Source of the DNA: an uncultured Verrucomicrobiota bacterium
Lineage (GTDB): Bacteria; Verrucomicrobiota; Kiritimatiellia; CAIQIC01; Lenti-01
Direction of reading: 5' to 3'
DNA: 64,000 bases
NCBI GenBank assembly: GCA_964399775.1
Contig: CAYNSH010000007.1
Coordinates: 788 to 64,787, forward strand
Position 1 is the first letter of the stretch. Each line of letters opens with the position of its first letter. Made by a program: the position numbers and the translations under genes. The notes under the pieces are model-generated. The model worked only from the letters and a program-made list of their open reading frames with translations, did not search any database and was not told the DNA's origin. This document shows positions 18,128 through 27,208 of the stretch, piece by piece.

Positions 18128-19338
18128 TCCAGCAGGAACTGCTCCAAATCCATCACGGTCCCCTGGGGCTGCCCCGCTACCGTGATGGCCTTCACCGGCT
18201 GGATCGGGCAGGCCACCTGACAGGCCCCGCATCCGCGGCACATATCCGCATTCACCTGCGGACACTTCACCCCGTCGCGGGAGACGGCATCGATCGCCAG
18301 ATAGGGGCAGAACTCCTGGCAGGCCATGCAGTGGCGCCCGCGGCTCCAGGCAATGCACCGGTTGCGGTCCACGGTTGCCAGTCCGATGGATCGGTTGCGC
18401 TTGGTCTCGAGGGCCAGGCGGCGGATGGCGCCCGTCGGACAGACCTGGGTGCAGGCGTTGCAAAACTCAAAACAGTAGGAATCGGAATAGTCGACCACGG
18501 GGCTCAACCAGCCCGTCCATCCGCTCTGCCCCAGATCGGGCTTGAGAATGCCCGGGGGACACGCCCGGATACAGGCCCCGCAGCGGGCGCAAAGCCCGGC
18601 AAAGCGTTCGGCGTCGCAGGCCCCCGGCGGTCGAATCGGCAAGGGGCGCCCGCGGGCGGTGCGGCGCAGCGCCAATGCCGCCATGCCTCCGCCCACCACG
18701 CCCAGAAACCCTCGTCGGGTGAAATCCAGTCGAAAGCTGGAAATCGATCGATCCGACGAGGGCGGGGGACGGGATCGTTTCCATCCTTGCCTGGCCTTGA
18801 TCAACAGGTCCTGGGCCGCGCCCAATGGACAGATCCGATGGCACCAGGCCTGTGGCCAGAGAAGACTGATCACGACCGCCGCGGGAATTCCCATGGCCAG
18901 GGCCAGTGAGATGGGCGAGACCGGGCTGCGCCAGGCCGAAACAAATCCATTGAAAAGCGACAAGGGGTCCAGCCAGATAAACACGGGATATCCCAGAATC
19001 GCTCCACCGATCATGAGCCACAGCAGCCAGCGGCCGATCATGGGGAAACGGGCAAACCGGCCGCGGGCGCACGGGTTCAGCCGGCCGGCGGATTCGGTGA
19101 TCAGTCCGACCGGACAGAGGTAGCGGCAAAACCAGCGGGGGCGAAGCCAGACGAGCACAAGCACCGCCACGGATACCAGAGTCCACGCCGTAACCGCACG
19201 GACGGCCAGCGCGCCGAGCATCCCCAGCAAAGGACTCAGCGACAGGTAGGCGCCGGCCGCCGGCGGCCAGGGCGCCAGCCGCAGCGCGAGACTCGCGGCC
19301 ACCCCGAAGGCCAGGATGCGCACGATCCGCCGCATCAT
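18112..19338 (-). CDS. NapH/MauN-like membrane polyferredoxin (4Fe-4S binding protein)
   Basis: Transmembrane segments carrying CRYLCPVG and CHRICPLG, then two C-x2-C-x2-C-x3-CP ferredoxin motifs (CARCGACIRACP, CNACTQVCP, CMACQEFCP, CRGCGACQVACP). Start ATG overlaps the upstream stop (ATGA). Confidence 0.75.
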   Translation of the reverse strand: MMRRIVRILAFGVAASLALRLAPWPPAAGAYLSLSPLLGMLGALAVRAVTAWTLVSVAVLVLVWLRPRWFCRYLCPVGLITESAGRLNPCARGRFARFPMIGRWLLWLMIGGAILGYPVFIWLDPLSLFNGFVSAWRSPVSPISLALAMGIPAAVVISLLWPQAWCHRICPLGAAQDLLIKARQGWKRSRPPPSSDRSISSFRLDFTRRGFLGVVGGGMAALALRRTARGRPLPIRPPGACDAERFAGLCARCGACIRACPPGILKPDLGQSGWTGWLSPVVDYSDSYCFEFCNACTQVCPTGAIRRLALETKRNRSIGLATVDRNRCIAWSRGRHCMACQEFCPYLAIDAVSRDGVKCPQVNADMCRGCGACQVACPIQPVKAITVAGQPQGTVMDLEQFLLDQTGN

Positions 19339-20228
19339 GCCCTGAGATGATCGACCGCCACCCGCGAAAGATCGCCGCACCCCAGGTTGCGTTCATGCGC
19401 CAGGCGGATGTGGGCAATGTCAAATGGCTCGCGGTCGAACAGCGTGGCGCAATAGGCGTCGACGGCCACGGGATCCGTCCCGAATACAAGCTGGTCCTTG
19501 GCCTCCAGACGCCCGGGGCCGCGTGGCCCGTTGGTGGTCATGATCCGCAGGGCGTCCACGATGATCAAATTGGCCCGAATCACCGTATTGCAGTCGACAA
19601 TGCATTCGTTCAAGCCCTCGCGGTGGAAGAATCCCCGGTCGCGAACCGACCCCAGCCAGTTTTTCATGCTGAGGGTCAGCCCGGCGCCGCCGTGGGTCTT
19701 GGCCACGGGCATGTTGATCAGGCAGCCCGTCTGCAAAACATCGCGAGCGACCTCGACCTGCCGGAGAACCGTTCCGCGGGGAACGGGAATGTTCACGAAG
19801 TCGGCATCGCTCTCCAGCGCGTAGAGCTGGGCCCCGGTGCGTTTCGCCACGGCGGACATCCCGCTCATTTCAAAACTGTTGCGGGCGGGGGAGCAGGGGT
19901 TCTCAGGAAGAACAACCGAGTTCGCTCCCGCCTGCTGGCAGGCGCGGATGCAGGCTTCCACCAGAACTGGGTTGGTGTTGGCGGCCTGTGCGGGGGTGGA
20001 GGCCCAGGCGATGTTGGGCTTGAGCGTGGCCGGTTTCCCCGCACGAATGAACGCGGGCCACCCCCCGAGGGCTTCCACGCCGCGTGACAACATGCCCGGG
20101 ATATCGGTTCCGTGGACCGCCACCACCCGCGACACCGGGGCGACCGTCTCGGCGAACAGCCGGCGAACGCCCAGGGCCGCTCCGGCAACGGCGGCCACCG
20201 AGTGTTGGAGAAAGTGTCTACGATCCAT
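19335..20228 (-). CDS. DUF362-domain protein with twin-arginine (TAT) signal
   Basis: MDRRHFLQHSVAAVAGAALG is a TAT signal. DUF362-like core (VAVHGTDIPGM..., LKPNIAW...). Start at M35 of ORF 19335..20330. Confidence 0.6.
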   Translation of the reverse strand: MDRRHFLQHSVAAVAGAALGVRRLFAETVAPVSRVVAVHGTDIPGMLSRGVEALGGWPAFIRAGKPATLKPNIAWASTPAQAANTNPVLVEACIRACQQAGANSVVLPENPCSPARNSFEMSGMSAVAKRTGAQLYALESDADFVNIPVPRGTVLRQVEVARDVLQTGCLINMPVAKTHGGAGLTLSMKNWLGSVRDRGFFHREGLNECIVDCNTVIRANLIIVDALRIMTTNGPRGPGRLEAKDQLVFGTDPVAVDAYCATLFDREPFDIAHIRLAHERNLGCGDLSRVAVDHLRA

Positions 20229-21675
20229 GCGGCTCTCCCGGTTCCGTTGGCGCGCCACCAGCGGGGTCTTCTTGGGCCACGACGATTCGACTGCCGTGGG
20301 CTTCCACGATCCGGACGGGAACCCCGGCATCCAGAAACTCGCCGGAAGTCACCACATCCAGGCGCTCCCCATCCATGCGCGCGGCGCCGGACGGATGCAG
20401 CGGCGTCAGGGTGGTGCCGGTTTTGCCCACCCACCTGGATGTGTCGGGGGAGGCGGTGTAGCCCTCGGCCGCCGATGTGGCCGCCGACAGCGCCAACCGG
20501 TTGAACAGTCGGCTGCGCGGCAGATACCGGCTCAGCAGCAGAATGCCGGCGCCGGTTCCCACCAGCGACAGCGCGAGCTTGTAGACCGGGATCTGGATAT
20601 CCGGCCAGGTGGGCAACCATGGGCCGCCAGGCGTCATGCGCGTCATGGCGCCGACCAGCGAGAGGAAAATCAGGACGATTCCCAGCAGCCCGGTAATGCC
20701 AAAGCCCGGAATGACCAGCAGTTCGAGAAGCAGAAGAAGAACGCCCACCGCAAAGAGAATCAGGTCTTCCATTCCGGCAAGCCCGGCGATGTGGTGCCCC
20801 CAGAAGAAAAGGACCAGGCAGAACACGCCCAGCATGCCCGGCAACCCGATGCCGGGGGTCCGGAACTCGATATAGATTCCCAGAAACCCCAGCATCATGA
20901 GGATCGGGGCGGCCGCCGCGATCAAGCGCGCGATGCGCTCGGCCGGCGTGACTTCCATTTCCATCACGGGATGCCCGCTCAGGCCCAGCGCCTCGATGAC
21001 CGCTTCGGCATCCGGATGCGTTCCCGACGACAGCAGCGGGCGGCCTTCGACGGGGCCGGGGCGCGCCGCTTCTTCCGCGGTCAGGGTCAGCAACTGTCCC
21101 GCCGGACTGATGACCTCGTCGCCGATGGAATACTCCAGCTCGCGGCGCACCATTTTTTCCGCCAGTTCCGGATCGTGGCCGGCGGCTTGCGCGGCGGATC
21201 GCACCAGGGCGGATACCGCCGAAACCGCTTTTTCTTCGACGCCCTCCGACATTTCCTGGATGCCGCCCATGGGCGACATCAGGATGGGCAGGGCGTCGCC
21301 AATGACCGAGCCGGGCGCCATGTAGATCGTGCGGGTGGACAGCGCGATGATGGCCCCGGCGGAAAGTGCCTGTTTTTCAACGAACGTATGCACGGGGGTT
21401 TTGGATGCCTGGATGGATCGAACGATATCGCTGGCCGCGCTCAACGTGCCGCCGGGCGTATCCATGACCAGCAGCACCGCGGCGGCCTGATTGCGCTCGG
21501 CCTCCGCCAGGCCGCGGCGCAGCACATAGAGCAGGGCGCCTTCGATCTGCCCCCGGACGGGAATGACGTAGACGGGCGCCTTTGCGTTGACCGCCGGGGG
21601 CGGGGTTTCACCCGACGCTTGACCCGCCGCCAGGACCCATGACATGCACAACAGCAGAATGACCTTCGTGTTCAT
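20218..21675 (-). CDS. NfeD-family membrane-bound serine protease (ClpP-class)
   Basis: Signal peptide MNTKVILLLCMSWVLAAGQA, ClpP-like core (VYVIPVRGQIEGAL..., MDTPGG), multi-TM region, C-terminal OB-fold segment. Confidence 0.75.
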   Translation of the reverse strand: MNTKVILLLCMSWVLAAGQASGETPPPAVNAKAPVYVIPVRGQIEGALLYVLRRGLAEAERNQAAAVLLVMDTPGGTLSAASDIVRSIQASKTPVHTFVEKQALSAGAIIALSTRTIYMAPGSVIGDALPILMSPMGGIQEMSEGVEEKAVSAVSALVRSAAQAAGHDPELAEKMVRRELEYSIGDEVISPAGQLLTLTAEEAARPGPVEGRPLLSSGTHPDAEAVIEALGLSGHPVMEMEVTPAERIARLIAAAAPILMMLGFLGIYIEFRTPGIGLPGMLGVFCLVLFFWGHHIAGLAGMEDLILFAVGVLLLLLELLVIPGFGITGLLGIVLIFLSLVGAMTRMTPGGPWLPTWPDIQIPVYKLALSLVGTGAGILLLSRYLPRSRLFNRLALSAATSAAEGYTASPDTSRWVGKTGTTLTPLHPSGAARMDGERLDVVTSGEFLDAGVPVRIVEAHGSRIVVAQEDPAGGAPTEPGEPHGS

Positions 21676-21832
21676 GGGGGATAGGATAGGGTGGGGGGCC
21701 ACCCATGGCAACTGCATTTGAGCAACGGTTTGAGCCAAGGACCGTTGCCCGGGGATGGTCCCGGGATTCGGGGCAATCGGGCTTTTCGATTCATGCGGGT
21801 GTATGCTAGGAATACGAAGCAGGAAGCGGATC

Positions 21833-22861
21833 ATGAATGAGATGAAATGGGCATGGGTGTTGTTCGTGGCGGCTTCGCTGGCGGTGTTGTTTCGGCTGGC
21901 GATGTGGTTTTTGCCCGCGCCGGCGGTTCAACATGCCGAAGAATTGGCAGCGGCGGCAGATCCCGGGATTGTGGAGGATGTTCTCCCCCCCCCGCCCGAG
22001 GCGGTTTGGCCCGAGGAGGCGGAGGAGGATCCCGTTTGGACGGTGGAAGCGACCTTCGAGTGGCCGGAGATGCCCGCGCCCCTCCCGGAAGAGGAGCACG
22101 CCCCTCCGCCGGAGGAATTTTATTTCCGGCGCACGCGCTGGGGCATGTCCATGGCCGAGGTGCTCGACGCCGAAATGATCCGGCCCTTGCGGAAAACGGA
22201 TCGGGGATTGCTGTATTCCACGACCACCCTGGAATTGCCCTGCCTGCTCACCTATTCGTTCGTGCAGGATCGGCTTGTCCGCGCCCGGCTCTCCTTTTCC
22301 GATCCGACCGGCGAACAGATTCCGCCGCTCTCCGTGGCCCAGGCCCAACGGCGCTTCCTTTTCCTGCGGGAACAATTGCGCATCCGCTACGGGGAGCCGG
22401 TCGAGCGCACCCTCCACGTTCCGCGCGACACCACGATCTTGCAGCGGCATTTGCGACACCAGGACGAATTGACGAAACAGTACGATCTGGAAATCGCCGA
22501 GGCCCAGGAGCGCATCCGCCGCCAGCGAACCCTTCTGGAAAAACGCTATGAACGCTGGCAGAACCGGGCCGAGATGGTGGCGCGCGGCCTGGCGCCTTAT
22601 GAACGCGACTTGCGCGAGTTGCGCACGTGGAAGCAAGAGGCGATCGACCTGGCGAACCAGGCCCGCCGCAGCATTCAGGAGCAACGCTCGGCCGACGCCT
22701 CGGAGCCGTTGGTCGCGGTGCGCGCCGCCCGTTGGCCGTTCGCCCGGGACATTCACGACATCGACCTGCGGCTGGATCTGCGCTATGCCACGCCGCGGCT
22801 GGATATTCGCTACGAATCCGCCCAGACCCTCCCCGTGGCCGGGCAGATGGATGAACTGTAG
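21833..22861 (+). CDS. Hypothetical membrane-anchored Pro/Glu-rich coiled-coil protein
   Basis: N-terminal TM (MNEMKWAWVLFVAASLAVLFRLAMWFL), PPPPEAVWPEEAEEDP acidic linker, C-terminal coiled coil. No family recognised. Confidence 0.5.
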   Translation: MNEMKWAWVLFVAASLAVLFRLAMWFLPAPAVQHAEELAAAADPGIVEDVLPPPPEAVWPEEAEEDPVWTVEATFEWPEMPAPLPEEEHAPPPEEFYFRRTRWGMSMAEVLDAEMIRPLRKTDRGLLYSTTTLELPCLLTYSFVQDRLVRARLSFSDPTGEQIPPLSVAQAQRRFLFLREQLRIRYGEPVERTLHVPRDTTILQRHLRHQDELTKQYDLEIAEAQERIRRQRTLLEKRYERWQNRAEMVARGLAPYERDLRELRTWKQEAIDLANQARRSIQEQRSADASEPLVAVRAARWPFARDIHDIDLRLDLRYATPRLDIRYESAQTLPVAGQMDEL

Positions 22862-22867
22862 CGCGTC

Positions 22868-23029
22868 TTAGAATCCGCTGCCCGTGGCCGAGAACGGCAG
22901 GCTGGGGGCCGTCTCCCAGGGCTGGGTCATGTTCCAGGGCAGGTCCGACTCGCGGTCGGTGGTGGCGCAGCCGGCCAGCAGCAGGGCCAGGGCGAACCCC
23001 AGCGCGGTCCGCATCACAAATGACCTCAT
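22868..23029 (-). CDS. Small lipoprotein (53 aa), not in the ORF track
   Basis: My translation: MRSFVMRTALGFALALLLAGCATTDRESDLPWNMTQPWETAPSLPFSATGSGF, with a lipobox LLAGC. Start ATG overlaps the stop of the upstream micro-ORF (ATGA). Confidence 0.4.
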   Translation of the reverse strand: MRSFVMRTALGFALALLLAGCATTDRESDLPWNMTQPWETAPSLPFSATGSGF

Positions 23030-23148
23030 GGCCAGAGCGAGGGGACCGCGCTGTAGAACGAGGTCTCGGCGATCTGCAACCCGACCACGGCCGCCAGCAG
23101 GAGAACCGCCACCAGGGTCAGGACCGATAATCCGCTAGAAGAGAACAT
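23026..23148 (-). CDS. Small single-TM protein (40 aa), translationally coupled micro-ORF
   Basis: M40 of ORF 23026..23265: MFSSSGLSVLTLVAVLLLAAVVGLQIAETSFYSAVPSLWP. Overlaps the upstream gene's end by 14 nt and the downstream lipoprotein start by ATGA. Confidence 0.35.
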   Translation of the reverse strand: MFSSSGLSVLTLVAVLLLAAVVGLQIAETSFYSAVPSLWP

Positions 23149-23998
23149 GATCGCCCTCCCGGATTTCTTCCATCTGGAATTCAGGCAGCACGTCGGCGAT
23201 GGATACGCTTTCGCGGACGTTGGTAATCTGGATTTTGCCAACCATCGTGTCGCCGCGGTGGACAATCATTTCGGCGGTCGCCTGGGCGCCGGCGGTCGAG
23301 CCGACATCGATCACCACGAAGTTCCATTCCGGGTTGGCGTACAGCACCACGCCGGAGGTGCCCTGGGCCATGGTGATGTCGCCGCGTTCGCCTTCGCACT
23401 TGGCCAGCAGCAGTTCCAGCATGTTCTTTTCTTCTTCCAGCCCGGCCATTTGGTCCTGCATGTCGCCCATCCGGTCGGTCAGGTCAGACACCTGGAATTC
23501 CAGTCCGGCCTTTTCGTCCTGCAAGGAGGCGATCTGGCGATCCTTGTCCTGCAGTTCCTGGTCCTTGGCGCGAATGATATCGTTGAGTTGGACGATCTGG
23601 CTGCGCGCCTCTTCAAGCTGCGCCTGGGTGCGCTCGAGTTCCGCGCGGGTGTTCTCGAGGTCCTGCCGGGTGTTTTCCAAATCCGTCTTGGTGTCTTCCC
23701 AGCCGCGCAGAACGGCGTCGGCGACCACGTTGGCCCGGTTCAGTTCGGTATCCAGTTGGGGCAGCCGATCCTTGTGATCAACGACCAATTGCCTGGGATT
23801 GAATTGGGCCGCCTGCTGGGCCTCTTCCGAGAGCGATCCGCGCAGGGTCTGGACGACGCGGGTCACGCCGCCCTCCAGTTTCTGGGTGCGTTCCTTGATC
23901 AGCGTGCGCTTGGGAAAGAGCACAAAGGCTTGCAAGCTAAGGCCAACCAAGGCCAGCAGCAACACAATCACGACAAGCGGCTTTAACAACTTCGCCAT
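23135..23998 (-). CDS. Membrane-anchored coiled-coil protein with C-terminal beta-rich domain
   Basis: Start MAKLLKPLVVIVLLLALVGL (M115 of ORF 23135..24340). ~180-aa heptad-rich region (LENTRQDLENTRAELERTQAQLEEARSQIVQL). Uncharacterised C-terminus. Confidence 0.55.
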   Translation of the reverse strand: MAKLLKPLVVIVLLLALVGLSLQAFVLFPKRTLIKERTQKLEGGVTRVVQTLRGSLSEEAQQAAQFNPRQLVVDHKDRLPQLDTELNRANVVADAVLRGWEDTKTDLENTRQDLENTRAELERTQAQLEEARSQIVQLNDIIRAKDQELQDKDRQIASLQDEKAGLEFQVSDLTDRMGDMQDQMAGLEEEKNMLELLLAKCEGERGDITMAQGTSGVVLYANPEWNFVVIDVGSTAGAQATAEMIVHRGDTMVGKIQITNVRESVSIADVLPEFQMEEIREGDHVLF

Positions 23999-24173
23999 AA
24001 AATCCTCCAAAACGGTTGTGGGCGCATTCTGGGTCAAAGGGGTAGGGGATGTCAAACTCCAAAAGCCATGCCCAAAGTCGGCGCCATAGGCCGTCCAATC
24101 CACCGGCATCGCATCGCAAGGAAGTTGGCGCCAGCGGCGTCCACCGGCGGGGTCCTTTGGTCTTGGCGCGACG

Positions 24174-25337
24174 TCAATACAGCAGGTGGTCGACCCATTG
24201 GCGTCCGCGAGGGGTAAAATCCCACGAGCCGCCGGATGGGGCAATGAAGGCCCGCCCATTTCGCCCCAGCACATCGGGATGGACCTTGAGCACGGCTTGG
24301 CGGCGGTTGCCCAGGATATCGATTTCCCGCGGCGTGGCATTCCGGCCCGAGAGGGGGGCGCCGGATTCGGAAACGGTCAGGCGCATCGGGCCGCCATCGT
24401 GGGCCGCTCCCTTCCACAGTCCGGGAAAGCGGCGGAAGTAGTCGGGGAATCGGCCTCGAATCAGCACCTCGTAGGCGGGTGGAACCGAGGCCAAATAGGT
24501 GGCCATCGTCAGGCCGGGATCGCGGACATGGGCGGCATAGAAGTCCAGTGGATCAAATCCAAACAGGTTGTTTCCATTGTAGTTGCCGAACTGGTTGGCC
24601 AGTTTCAGTTCGCGGGACTGGGCATCGTATCGGGAATGGAGCATCACGCCGATTTCCCAGTGCAGATGGGCTCGATCGGAGGGGATGGCGGACTTGATGC
24701 TGCTGGTCGTGCCCATGGTGCCGAGGAGATCGCCCGCGGCAACGGTTTGGCCGGGGCGGAGCAGTAGACGGACATCGGCCAGATGGGCGTAGAGGGTATA
24801 CACCACCGCGGGTTCCGTCGAGCCATCGCGCCGCTCCACCAGGCCCAGGGATGGATCTTCATGCTCCACCACCACGTACTTGCCATAGGTGGAGCTGCCG
24901 CCGCTGTTGTTGACAAACGCCACGCGGCCCGCCGCCACCGCGAAAATGGAATCCGTCGCGACGCCGCGCCGATCGCGTTCCGTGGGGCCGATATCGACGC
25001 CTTCGTGGAACCGGGCCACAAAGCGGCTGCCCACCTTTCCGGTTCGCGTACTGCCGAACTTGGCCGACTCCAGCCGCCCCGATGCCGTGGCCATCAGGAC
25101 CCCGGGCTCATCCGGGTTCAGGAGGTTGGTCTGCGGAGTCGGCGGCACCATCGCTTGCCAGACGGGAGGCGGAGCGGCCTCCTCCACCTCGGGCACCACG
25201 AGCGGGACCGGGGTGGGGGTGGGACGGCATCCGCCCTGGCGCAATGCCAGCCAGCGAAACAAGTAAAAATCCAGCACCAGCAGCGGAAGGATCCAGATCA
25301 GGTGGCGCAGGGGGGATTTGCGCTTGCGGGATCGCAT
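24174..25337 (-). CDS. M23-family metallopeptidase (LytM-like)
   Basis: HEGVDIG, YGKYVVVEHED, HLHWEIG motifs. N-terminal TM. Confidence 0.85.
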   Translation of the reverse strand: MRSRKRKSPLRHLIWILPLLVLDFYLFRWLALRQGGCRPTPTPVPLVVPEVEEAAPPPVWQAMVPPTPQTNLLNPDEPGVLMATASGRLESAKFGSTRTGKVGSRFVARFHEGVDIGPTERDRRGVATDSIFAVAAGRVAFVNNSGGSSTYGKYVVVEHEDPSLGLVERRDGSTEPAVVYTLYAHLADVRLLLRPGQTVAAGDLLGTMGTTSSIKSAIPSDRAHLHWEIGVMLHSRYDAQSRELKLANQFGNYNGNNLFGFDPLDFYAAHVRDPGLTMATYLASVPPAYEVLIRGRFPDYFRRFPGLWKGAAHDGGPMRLTVSESGAPLSGRNATPREIDILGNRRQAVLKVHPDVLGRNGRAFIAPSGGSWDFTPRGRQWVDHLLY

Positions 25338-25342
25338 GGCCG

Positions 25343-25909
25343 CTAGACGGCCATGACGTCGGTTTCCTTGGCCGCCACCAGTTCATCGGCCTTGCGGACA
25401 TTCTCGTCGACAAGCTTTTGGATTTCCTCGAGCGCGAGGTCCCGGTCGTCCTCGCTGATGGTCGAGGCCTTTTGCATCGCCTTGATGGCTTCGTTGGCGT
25501 CGCGCCGGACCGCGCGAAGGGCGACGCGCGCCTCTTCGCCCAGTCGCCCGGCGACCTTGACCAATTCCCTGCGGCGTTCTTCGCTCAACTCGGGAATCGG
25601 CACCCGGATGATGCGGCCGTCATTCAGCGGCGTAACGCCGACATTGGCCGCGAGGATTCCCTTTTCGATGGCCGGCAGGGTCGAGGGATCATAGGGCTTG
25701 ATGACGATCAGGCGGGGTTCCGGGGTGCTGATCAGCGCCATCTGGTTCAGGCGGGTCTGGGTCCCGTAGCAGTCCACGTTGATCTGGTCGACCAGGCCCG
25801 TGGACGCCTTGCCGGTACGCAGGCCGGAAAGCCCCTGTTGCAGATGCCCCAGGGTCTTCTCCATCTTGTCTTCGGCTTCCAGAAGAATGTCGTCGGTTGA
25901 ATCGTACAT
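25343..25909 (-). CDS. frr: Ribosome recycling factor
   Basis: MYDSTDDILLEAEDKMEKTLGHLQQGLSGLRTG... full-length frr. Start at M33 of ORF 25343..26005. Confidence 0.92.
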   Translation of the reverse strand: MYDSTDDILLEAEDKMEKTLGHLQQGLSGLRTGKASTGLVDQINVDCYGTQTRLNQMALISTPEPRLIVIKPYDPSTLPAIEKGILAANVGVTPLNDGRIIRVPIPELSEERRRELVKVAGRLGEEARVALRAVRRDANEAIKAMQKASTISEDDRDLALEEIQKLVDENVRKADELVAAKETDVMAV

Positions 25910-25931
25910 GTCGGTTCCTTTCTGCTTCGTT

Positions 25932-26651
25932 TCAGCCGCTGACAAGGGTGCCGGCCTTCTCGCCGCGCACCACGCGCAGCAGCTCGCCGCGCTTGAAGAA
26001 ATCAAAGACCACTATCGGAATCTGGCTGTCCATGCAAAGGGAAAAGGCGGCGGAGTCCATCACCTTGAGTCGGCGGGCCAGGGCTTCGGAATAGGTCAGC
26101 CGGTCAAACTTGACGGCCTTGGGATTCAGGACGGGATCCGCATCGTAGATGCCATCCACTTTGGTCGCCTTCAACAGCGCGTCGGCGCCGATTTCCGCCG
26201 CGCGCAGCGCGGCCGCGCTGTCGGTGGTGAAAAAGGGATTGCCGGTTCCTCCGCCGATCAGCACCACCGCCCCGTCGTCCAGGTGCGCCAACGCCCGGCG
26301 TACCGTGAACAATTCGCAAAACGCCGGCAGCGGGGTGGCGGAAAGCGCAACGGCCCTCATCCCGGCCGACTCCAGGGCCGATTGGAGCGCCAGGCTGTTG
26401 ATCAACGTGGCCAGCATGCCCATGTTGTCGCCGTGCGTTCGCCCAAAGCCGCGGTCCTGCCCCTTCAATCCGCGGAAAATGTTGCCGCCGCCGATCACCA
26501 CGCCCACCTGCACGCCCAGTTGCGCCACGCGGCGGATCTGGTCTGCCATGGACGCCAGGATTTCGTCCGACAGGCATTCGCCCCGGCTGGCGTCGCGCAG
26601 GACTTCGCCGCTGAGTTTCAACAGGATTCGACGATAACGGGGTTTCTTCAT
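25932..26651 (-). CDS. pyrH: UMP kinase
   Basis: RILLKLSGEVL, VVIGGGNIFRG. Conserved pyrH-frr pair. Confidence 0.93.
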   Translation of the reverse strand: MKKPRYRRILLKLSGEVLRDASRGECLSDEILASMADQIRRVAQLGVQVGVVIGGGNIFRGLKGQDRGFGRTHGDNMGMLATLINSLALQSALESAGMRAVALSATPLPAFCELFTVRRALAHLDDGAVVLIGGGTGNPFFTTDSAAALRAAEIGADALLKATKVDGIYDADPVLNPKAVKFDRLTYSEALARRLKVMDSAAFSLCMDSQIPIVVFDFFKRGELLRVVRGEKAGTLVSG

Positions 26652-26670
26652 GGTGGGCTCGTTTCCGGGA

Positions 26671-26991
26671 TTAGAGGTGATGGTCGGGGATGGAACAGAC
26701 GGGCGGATCCCCCTCGGGGGTTCCCAGGGTGTAGGCGCCGCCCGATGGGCAGGAGGGGACCTCGGTCAGATAGGCGGGGACCAGGTCGCCGAGTTGGCGG
26801 GGGAATCCGCCCACCTCGCCGGCGTAGCGCCGGCAGGCCTGGGCGATGCCATCCAGTTGCATCCCGCACCGGGCCGCGTGGCGCTTCTGCCGATTCTGGA
26901 AGAAGGCTGGCAGGGCGATGGCGGCCAACAACGCCAGAATCGCCACCACGATGGTGACTTCTACAACGGTCAACCCTGTTTTTCGTCTCAT
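26671..26991 (-). CDS. Prepilin-type N-terminal cleavage/methylation domain protein (pseudopilin-like)
   Basis: MRRKTGLTVVEVTIVVAILALLAAIALPAF is a class-III signal with the G/LTVVE methylation motif. Confidence 0.7.
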   Translation of the reverse strand: MRRKTGLTVVEVTIVVAILALLAAIALPAFFQNRQKRHAARCGMQLDGIAQACRRYAGEVGGFPRQLGDLVPAYLTEVPSCPSGGAYTLGTPEGDPPVCSIPDHHL

Positions 26992-27208
26992 AACGGCCGG
27001 TTCCTTCTCGTCTGGTTTGGGTGGGATTTAACGGGCCGGAAGCAAAATAGTAAAGACGATTTCCTGTCCGATCCAACCGGGGGACCGCCCGGTCGGCCAT
27101 CCACGCCGCGTTTCCGGGGTCCTTCGCGAGAGGCGTATCAAAATATTCTTTGCGAACCCGGGCAAACCGGTAGAGTGCGCCGAAAACCAGCCCGAAAAGG
27201 ATTGACCG

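Noticed and set aside
23999-24173. 175-nt gap upstream of the coiled-coil gene as a possible ncRNA
   Set aside because: No conserved motif or stable hairpin plus U-tract was seen. Most likely just the promoter region for the 23998 start.
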